64,000 nt of DNA from Patescibacteria group bacterium (GTDB taxonomy: Bacteria; Patescibacteriota; Microgenomatia; UBA8517): positions 38,444 through 102,443 of the forward strand of contig JALHYA010000008.1 of NCBI GenBank assembly GCA_022868165.1, read 5' to 3'. The notes beneath the pieces were generated by a model. The model was not told where the DNA came from. It did no database searches and saw nothing but the letters and a program-made list of their open reading frames with translations. This document shows positions 58,292-64,000 of this stretch, piece by piece (positions within the stretch are counted from its first letter, which is position 1; each line of letters starts with the position of its first letter). The position numbers and the translations under genes were made by a program.

Positions 58292-59206
58292 CTACGTCTT
58301 AAATCTGGCAAAAATCGCTTCATCTGAAACTACGCCTTCTTTACTTTCCTTCTTTCTCTCTCTTAATACGATTCTCAATTTCTTCGCAGCCATAAATACT
58401 ATTGCCAAATATCCCGGGTGTGTCAGAATTCTTTTCAATAAACCGGCCATGTGTTTCCTGAAAAGTTGAGGAGAAACCAAATTCTTCCAAATGAAAAGCA
58501 ACTGATTCCGTTCTTGAATTTTACTAAACTTCTTTTTTGAAATCCGATTTACTGTTGCGGACAAGTTGGGGCTTACGTTGGCATCGGGATGCCAGAAAAG
58601 CCGATGACCTCTCTTAAGCGCTCTGTAAGATATATCAACGTCCTCCCAATATGCAGGAGAAAACAGCGACTCATCCATTCCGCCCAAACTCATCCAGATG
58701 TTTTTTCGGTAAATGGCCCCGCCGGCGTTAATAAAAAACGTATGATGGGGCGTACTATCTTCTGTTCCGGGAAGATAAACTATAAATCCGTCTTTAAAAT
58801 CTCCCTTTGACCACCCATAGCCACTTTCGTGAAAGGAAATAGCGAAAATACTGGGGTCTTTTCTCATAAAAGGTAAAATGTTTTCTATAAAATTCTTTTC
58901 CGGAAAAACATCGTTATTCAAAAGTACAATATAATTTCCTTTTGACATCCTAACTCCCGTGTTTACTGCTGCCGAAAAGCCTCGGTTAACTTTGTGTTTG
59001 ATCAATCTAACTGATGGAAAATTCTTTTTCACAAAACTTGCGCTGTCATCAGGTGAACCGTCGTCAACCACGATTATCTCCTGAATACAATTATTGGGAT
59101 TTTGCTGGGCCTCAATATCGCGGGGCAAGTTCTTGGCAAGAAGCTCTTTTCCGCCGTAATGAGGAATAACAATACTTATACTGGGTTTTTCGTCATGACT
59201 AATCAT
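58292..59206 (-). CDS. GT2 glycosyltransferase
   Basis: VDDGS, NRGFSAAVN, LLNND and YWEDVD motifs. Confidence 0.87.
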   Translation of the reverse strand: MISHDEKPSISIVIPHYGGKELLAKNLPRDIEAQQNPNNCIQEIIVVDDGSPDDSASFVKKNFPSVRLIKHKVNRGFSAAVNTGVRMSKGNYIVLLNNDVFPEKNFIENILPFMRKDPSIFAISFHESGYGWSKGDFKDGFIVYLPGTEDSTPHHTFFINAGGAIYRKNIWMSLGGMDESLFSPAYWEDVDISYRALKRGHRLFWHPDANVSPNLSATVNRISKKKFSKIQERNQLLFIWKNLVSPQLFRKHMAGLLKRILTHPGYLAIVFMAAKKLRIVLRERKKESKEGVVSDEAIFARFKT

Positions 59207-59942
59207 TCAAATCTCCTCTAAATACCACCCTGTAGGTTGGCCAAAAGTGTATTATATTCAATACAGGCAAGAAAAAAAGGAGCTTGTGATAAAGGTTTGT
59301 CAGAATTGGCACCTCGCTAAATCCCAAAAGCAGCAAGCCTAACCATAGAAAAGAATTGGTATTTCCTTTTTCTTTAACCCGGATCGATTTTTTATGTTCT
59401 TTGGCCCCCCGGAAAATATAATCCTTAATTTCCTTTTCGTCAGGCAAGCCATTCAGCCTGTGCTCCGTCAGAAATTCCATTTCTTTCTTGTGTGTCAATT
59501 TATAATACATTGAAATTATCCTATCTATAATCGCCGAAAGTCTCCCCCTGGGAAAAGAGAGATAAACTCTATCTTTAGCTATCCTAATCATTTCGGAAAC
59601 GGCCTTTTTCCTTATTCCCAAGGGCAAATGTTCCATCATATCTACGCTAACTACGATATCAAAAGAGCGATCTTTGAAAGGAAGTTTGTCTGCTGAGGCT
59701 TTAACTATTTTGAAACCCTCTCCTTTAGCTTTCCCAAAAACAATATCTGTACCCGTAATATCAAATCCTTTTGAAATATAAGTTGCCAGTCCGAATTCAC
59801 CGGAACCTACATCTAGAATTTTTGTCCCCTCACCGAAGTTTCGTTTTATATCGTTTGCAATGGGCAAATATCTTAATGCAACTGTTATATCCCAATTGGG
59901 ATATTTACGAGAGAGAAAACCCTTGAGATTTTCACTTTTCAT
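59199..59942 (-). CDS. Class I SAM methyltransferase (type 11)
   Basis: ILDVGSG and LPFKDRSFDIVVSVDMMEH motifs. Start moved to ATG 59942. Confidence 0.85.
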   Translation of the reverse strand: MKSENLKGFLSRKYPNWDITVALRYLPIANDIKRNFGEGTKILDVGSGEFGLATYISKGFDITGTDIVFGKAKGEGFKIVKASADKLPFKDRSFDIVVSVDMMEHLPLGIRKKAVSEMIRIAKDRVYLSFPRGRLSAIIDRIISMYYKLTHKKEMEFLTEHRLNGLPDEKEIKDYIFRGAKEHKKSIRVKEKGNTNSFLWLGLLLLGFSEVPILTNLYHKLLFFLPVLNIIHFWPTYRVVFRGDLND

Positions 59943-61497
59943 TTGTAATTTTTCTTTCCTGAATTGTAATTTCTCCGAAAGATTGTTGGCCAATGAGAGT
60001 AGACTTTGCATCTTCTTCGCCCTGCGCCAAATTGACATACATTTCAGGAATTCCATAAGTGGACTCAATAATATAAAAGTGTTCGATAACACCTGCGGCT
60101 GGTCTGGCAAGGTTATTCCCCAATTGCCCTACTTGATCCCTGCCGGTCCAGGAAGGCAAATATCCGTATTTTTGTTTACCATACCAGTTATATAAATACG
60201 ACCAGAGCGTATTTATGTATAGTGGCCTTGTTAGAGTATTTATGCTAAAACCTTTACCATTTGCTTTTTCATATGTATAGTCAATCGTCTTAAGCTGATT
60301 TGCCAAAGTAGATTCTCCCTGAATAACAAGATTTGTCTGCCCTTTTTTATTTTCAAATAAAATTTTTATTGAATTGAAAAGCAAAATCAAAAATATTACC
60401 CCTATAAATAAATATTTGTATTGAGAAAGAAATTTCCAAATAAATATCCCCACAAACACGGCTATTCCGGCTGTCACACCAGACATTGCATGAGGAATGC
60501 CTGAACCCCCAAACGGTAATGCAAATATATAGACAAATATATATGTTGCCAAAAAAGGTTCCCATGATATCAAGTCGCTTCCGCGGTTTTTGACCCAATG
60601 CAAAAGTGCAGAAAAAAGAAGAATAACACCGACCAGACCACCAAATGAGACTTTTAATGGGAATATTGTATAGGCTAAACTTTTTCCTAATTGGTTAAGG
60701 TAAATAACCAAAAAGTTGCCGAACTCTAAGGTTTGAGGAGCCATGTCCTGACTGGAAAGAAGATAATAAATTCCGGAAATTCCTCTAAACCCAAATTTGA
60801 ACTCGGCCAAAATCATCGACGAAACGGCAAAAATTAAAGAGCCCAGAAAAATCATCACATCTTTCCGTCGGACTTCTTTTCTAAATAGCCAGAGCCAGAA
60901 AATCACCGGAAGTAAATGATATCCGAGAGCGACATTGCTCTGGATACTAAATCCCAAACCGAAACCCGCAACCAATGGACCAATTACGGATTTACCTTTC
61001 AGCCACAAATAAAGCCCGATGTAAATAAGCGGAACAAACCAGATTGCCATTGTGGGATTTGAAAGCCAAGCGGCATATTGCGTAGCCTCGAAAGAGAACG
61101 CAAAAATTAATGATGCAATCAGCGCCGGGGTATGCTTTTTTGTTAAAAGATAGGTAAGTAAATAAACACCAAAAACGGTTAGGGCATTTAGAAAACCCAT
61201 AAAATATGCGGCTCCGATTGGACTTCCCCTGCCAACAAGATAAGCGAGAGCCAGGACATAATAATAAAGAACACCGTGATAAAGACCGGGTATTCCGTTC
61301 ACGGAGGGACCAAGAATTTTTATATGACCGCCCAATATCTCTTGTACAACAAAGGCGTCGCGGGCTTGATCAAAGGCAAAAGAAACAGCCTTAGCCGGCA
61401 GATACCACCACCTAAGAATTATTGCCAAAATAAAAATGGCAAAAAGAATAAATTTATAATATCTTTTTAATACTTGTTCTAAATTGTTCATAGCCAT
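59932..61497 (-). CDS. GT-C fold membrane glycosyltransferase
   Basis: FAFDQARD, LGP, HG..YYY and SNP motifs; multi-pass with a C-terminal soluble domain. Confidence 0.75.
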   Translation of the reverse strand: MAMNNLEQVLKRYYKFILFAIFILAIILRWWYLPAKAVSFAFDQARDAFVVQEILGGHIKILGPSVNGIPGLYHGVLYYYVLALAYLVGRGSPIGAAYFMGFLNALTVFGVYLLTYLLTKKHTPALIASLIFAFSFEATQYAAWLSNPTMAIWFVPLIYIGLYLWLKGKSVIGPLVAGFGLGFSIQSNVALGYHLLPVIFWLWLFRKEVRRKDVMIFLGSLIFAVSSMILAEFKFGFRGISGIYYLLSSQDMAPQTLEFGNFLVIYLNQLGKSLAYTIFPLKVSFGGLVGVILLFSALLHWVKNRGSDLISWEPFLATYIFVYIFALPFGGSGIPHAMSGVTAGIAVFVGIFIWKFLSQYKYLFIGVIFLILLFNSIKILFENKKGQTNLVIQGESTLANQLKTIDYTYEKANGKGFSINTLTRPLYINTLWSYLYNWYGKQKYGYLPSWTGRDQVGQLGNNLARPAAGVIEHFYIIESTYGIPEMYVNLAQGEEDAKSTLIGQQSFGEITIQERKITNEK

Positions 61498-62479
61498 ATT
61501 TATTACACGTTTCGATTGCCTCTTTCATAACACCCTTAAAAAGAATTCTATCATTTATAAGCTTTATGCTCTTTTTAATTAACTGTCCGATTGTTGTCCA
61601 TCCATAACCGTTAATCCCTTCGGAAATTATCTCTTTATGTCCGCCGGCAAAAAGGACGATTGGAACATCACCGGCACACATTGCCTCTACCACCGATATC
61701 CCAAAATGTTCTACTCTTTCGGGCTCCTTCTCTTCATTTATTCCAAATCCTGCCGCGGACCAAAATATTTTTGCCCTGCCATATAAATCCTTTAGCGTTT
61801 TAAAGTCGGGGCTCTGAAAAATCTCCACAGGATAATGTTCAGCCATTTTCTTTAATTTTTCGATATAATTTCCTACCCCTACCTCCACTCCCCCGGCCAA
61901 AACCAATCGCCAATCTCTATAACCCTTGTCATACAACTTCTTGAAAGCCTCAATTAAAACATCCTGCCTTTTTGCTTGCTTGAGTTGAGAAAATCTACCT
62001 ACCGAAAGAATCATTTTTTCTTTTCTTTTTGGTTTTATTTTCTCTACATCTACAGGGGGGTAAATTACAATACTTTTGACTCCGTATTCTTTGTCAATAA
62101 AACTTTTTGTGAAATTAGAATTGCAGATAATTTTATTAATCCTGAAAAGTTTCATTCTGTTAAGCAGTGTTTTCCCGTTAACGTCGTCGAATGGAACCTG
62201 AAAGTGAAGAAAATTCTTGCGGGCTTTAAGGGTAGGAATGCTCCCGTCGGATACCCAAAAACAAATATCATAACCGTCCCCGCGTTTTACATCGGGAACA
62301 AAATTTACACCGTCAAGGACGATGCCAAACCTGTCCTCTAATTTCCGCTTAATATCTGACATTTCCCATTGAACATCTACCTGATAACCTACATCGAAAA
62401 GAGCAGTCGCTACCGCCATCGAGTATCGCTCTCCACCCCCCAACGTATCCAGGTAAGGATTGTATATTGCAGCCTTCAT
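61454..62479 (-). CDS. GT4 glycosyltransferase
   Basis: GGGERY, NSNFT, YPPV, VGRF, KRQD and EHFGISVVEAM motifs. Start set at ATG 62479. Confidence 0.9.
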   Translation of the reverse strand: MKAAIYNPYLDTLGGGERYSMAVATALFDVGYQVDVQWEMSDIKRKLEDRFGIVLDGVNFVPDVKRGDGYDICFWVSDGSIPTLKARKNFLHFQVPFDDVNGKTLLNRMKLFRINKIICNSNFTKSFIDKEYGVKSIVIYPPVDVEKIKPKRKEKMILSVGRFSQLKQAKRQDVLIEAFKKLYDKGYRDWRLVLAGGVEVGVGNYIEKLKKMAEHYPVEIFQSPDFKTLKDLYGRAKIFWSAAGFGINEEKEPERVEHFGISVVEAMCAGDVPIVLFAGGHKEIISEGINGYGWTTIGQLIKKSIKLINDRILFKGVMKEAIETCNKYGYEQFRTSIKKIL

Positions 62480-63222
62480 TTTTCTATTTGCATCTCCCAC
62501 AACTTTGCATAGGTTATCATTCGTGAATACATTTGATAGATTATTTCAATTATTCCAATTGGTCCGTCCAAAAAACCGAGCTTCAGCACTCCCCTATACC
62601 AAAATTCCCTAGAGGCAACACTAAAGAATCTCCACCAAGTCATTTTTGGGTGATGGGATTTAAAAAGAAGTCTGGCTTCTATTTCGGACCAATTGTTAGT
62701 TTTCTCCACCATTTCGCTCAACGAACGGTGTGTGATATGCACAAATGGATTTTTTAGTTTTCCAACATTGCCTTCGATTTTCGGCTGTTCATGAAGATCG
62801 CCTTCCCATCCTATTAGTGCATCTTTTCTAATAAGCCTTAGGACATAGTCCGGCCACCATCCTCCCCAATGCATTTCGTGACCCAAAAGAAAATTCCTAC
62901 GGGGGATTGCATAGGCCGCATCCGTTCCCTCCAAAATCGTCCTTTTTATCTCTTCTCGAAGTTCTTCTGTTACTCTCTCGTCAGAGTCAATATAAAATAA
63001 CCAGTCCGACTTAGCGCTTTTTGCACCCAAATTTCTCCATTTGGAAAAATCGCCATCTTTTGTCTCGACAACCTTTACCCCCAATCTTTTTGCTATCTCG
63101 ACCGTTTCGTCGGTAGAGCCAGTATCAACCAAGATTATTTCGTCAACCCAGCCAACCGATTGCAAACAATCTTCAATCAGTCCCCCAGCATTTTTGGCTA
63201 TTATTATTGCGCTTGTTTTCAT
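62476..63222 (-). CDS. GT2 glycosyltransferase (LgtF/KdtX-like)
   Basis: DTGSTD, YIDSDE, WWPD and LHE motifs. Start set at ATG 63222. Confidence 0.87.
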   Translation of the reverse strand: MKTSAIIIAKNAGGLIEDCLQSVGWVDEIILVDTGSTDETVEIAKRLGVKVVETKDGDFSKWRNLGAKSAKSDWLFYIDSDERVTEELREEIKRTILEGTDAAYAIPRRNFLLGHEMHWGGWWPDYVLRLIRKDALIGWEGDLHEQPKIEGNVGKLKNPFVHITHRSLSEMVEKTNNWSEIEARLLFKSHHPKMTWWRFFSVASREFWYRGVLKLGFLDGPIGIIEIIYQMYSRMITYAKLWEMQIEK

Positions 63223-64000
63223 GGCCAACTCCCCCTCCCAAACTTCATCAAATAAAAATCCCGAATTCCTATTTTCTGCCATTCTCTTCCTTTTAGCAGC
63301 AACTTTATGCTTTCCTTAATTAGAGCAAGCTTTGCCCTAAGCGGAGCATACTTCAGACCAAACAGCATTCGGTTTCGAGTGATAAAGTAGTCGTTTAAAT
63401 CGCTTCCAATTCCGGAGGTCTGAGAAACCTTATGCCAAAGATATGGTTTTGGAGAATAGACAATTCTCAAACCCATTCTTTTTATCCTCAAGCATAGGTC
63501 TGCATCTTCGAAATATGCAAATAGTTTCTCGTCGAGCATACCTACTCTTTTTATCACCTCGGCCGGAACAAAAAGACACGCACCAGTCCCAAAATCTATT
63601 TGCCTTAATTGGTCGAATTGTCCCCTATCTACTGCATCAACTCCATGATTGCTGGCATAAACGTTTTTCCAGTCAATATCTCCACCGGCCGCCCAAATAA
63701 CTTTTCCCAAATCGGATTTTTTGTACCTTTCTTTATGAAATTCATAGCCGGGAGTAAAATATATTTTTGGTGAAATTGCTCCAACATTATGGTTTCTTTC
63801 TAACGCGTTCAGAAAATCGACGAAGATGTTTTTATCGACGATCGTATCATTATTCAAAAGAACAATATAATCGGCATCTTCTTTTAATGCATCCTTTATC
63901 CCTACATTGTTTCCCCTACAGAAACCCAAATTTTCTTTATTGATAATTTGGCGAATAGAGAAACCGTTTTTAGATGCAGTACCCGAAAATTTTTCAACTG
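63219..64000 (-). CDS. GT2 glycosyltransferase, 5' end beyond window
   Basis: Reading frame stays open to the window edge (VENFSGTASKNGFSIRQIINKENLGFCRGNN); LLNNDT and YFEDAD motifs. Confidence 0.85.
   Translation of the reverse strand, partial: VEKFSGTASKNGFSIRQIINKENLGFCRGNNVGIKDALKEDADYIVLLNNDTIVDKNIFVDFLNALERNHNVGAISPKIYFTPGYEFHKERYKKSDLGKVIWAAGGDIDWKNVYASNHGVDAVDRGQFDQLRQIDFGTGACLFVPAEVIKRVGMLDEKLFAYFEDADLCLRIKRMGLRIVYSPKPYLWHKVSQTSGIGSDLNDYFITRNRMLFGLKYAPLRAKLALIKESIKLLLKGREWQKIGIRDFYLMKFGRGSWP

Noticed and set aside
59943-60110. 56-codon N-terminal extension of the methyltransferase, and similar extensions at 3623, 18118, 22032, 49915, 53287 and 63282
   Set aside because: They overlap upstream genes or promoters; downstream ATGs give short, typical overlaps and normal domain starts.
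1-64000. Mobile elements, prophage, defence systems, rRNA/tRNA or stop-codon recoding
   Set aside because: No transposase, integrase, nuclease or RNA-gene signatures were seen. Full-length ORFs end at TGA, TAA and TAG under code 11.

Overview
The whole 64 kb is one very large cell-envelope glycosylation region of about 55 tightly packed genes with standard genetic code and many ATGA-type overlaps. I found no RNA genes, CRISPR arrays or mobile elements. Gene content and style (arrays of GT-C membrane glycosyltransferases, a DUF5667-like gene, few Shine-Dalgarno sites) suggest a Patescibacteria/CPR genome, probably Microgenomates; this is inference, not proven. The left part (1-32 kb, frequent strand switches) holds a Wzx flippase, a Wzm/Wzt ABC exporter, about 10 SAM methyltransferases and FdtA/FdtB amino-sugar genes. 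It also holds an unexpected five-gene cassette: ferredoxin, B12-binding radical SAM enzyme, FNR-like reductase, IscS and IscU. The right part (32-64 kb, all minus strand) holds a carbamoyltransferase, an AsnB-like amidotransferase, GT2/GT4 enzymes, polyprenol-phosphate sugar synthases and a run of GT-C paralogs (about 15 GT-C-like genes in the whole window). Two non-gene signals stand out: eight short 7-nt-period tandem arrays inside coding sequences at 34-45 kb, and a recurring -10 box placed exactly 6 nt before start codons (leaderless transcription). All functional calls come from motif recognition by eye; no database searches were run.
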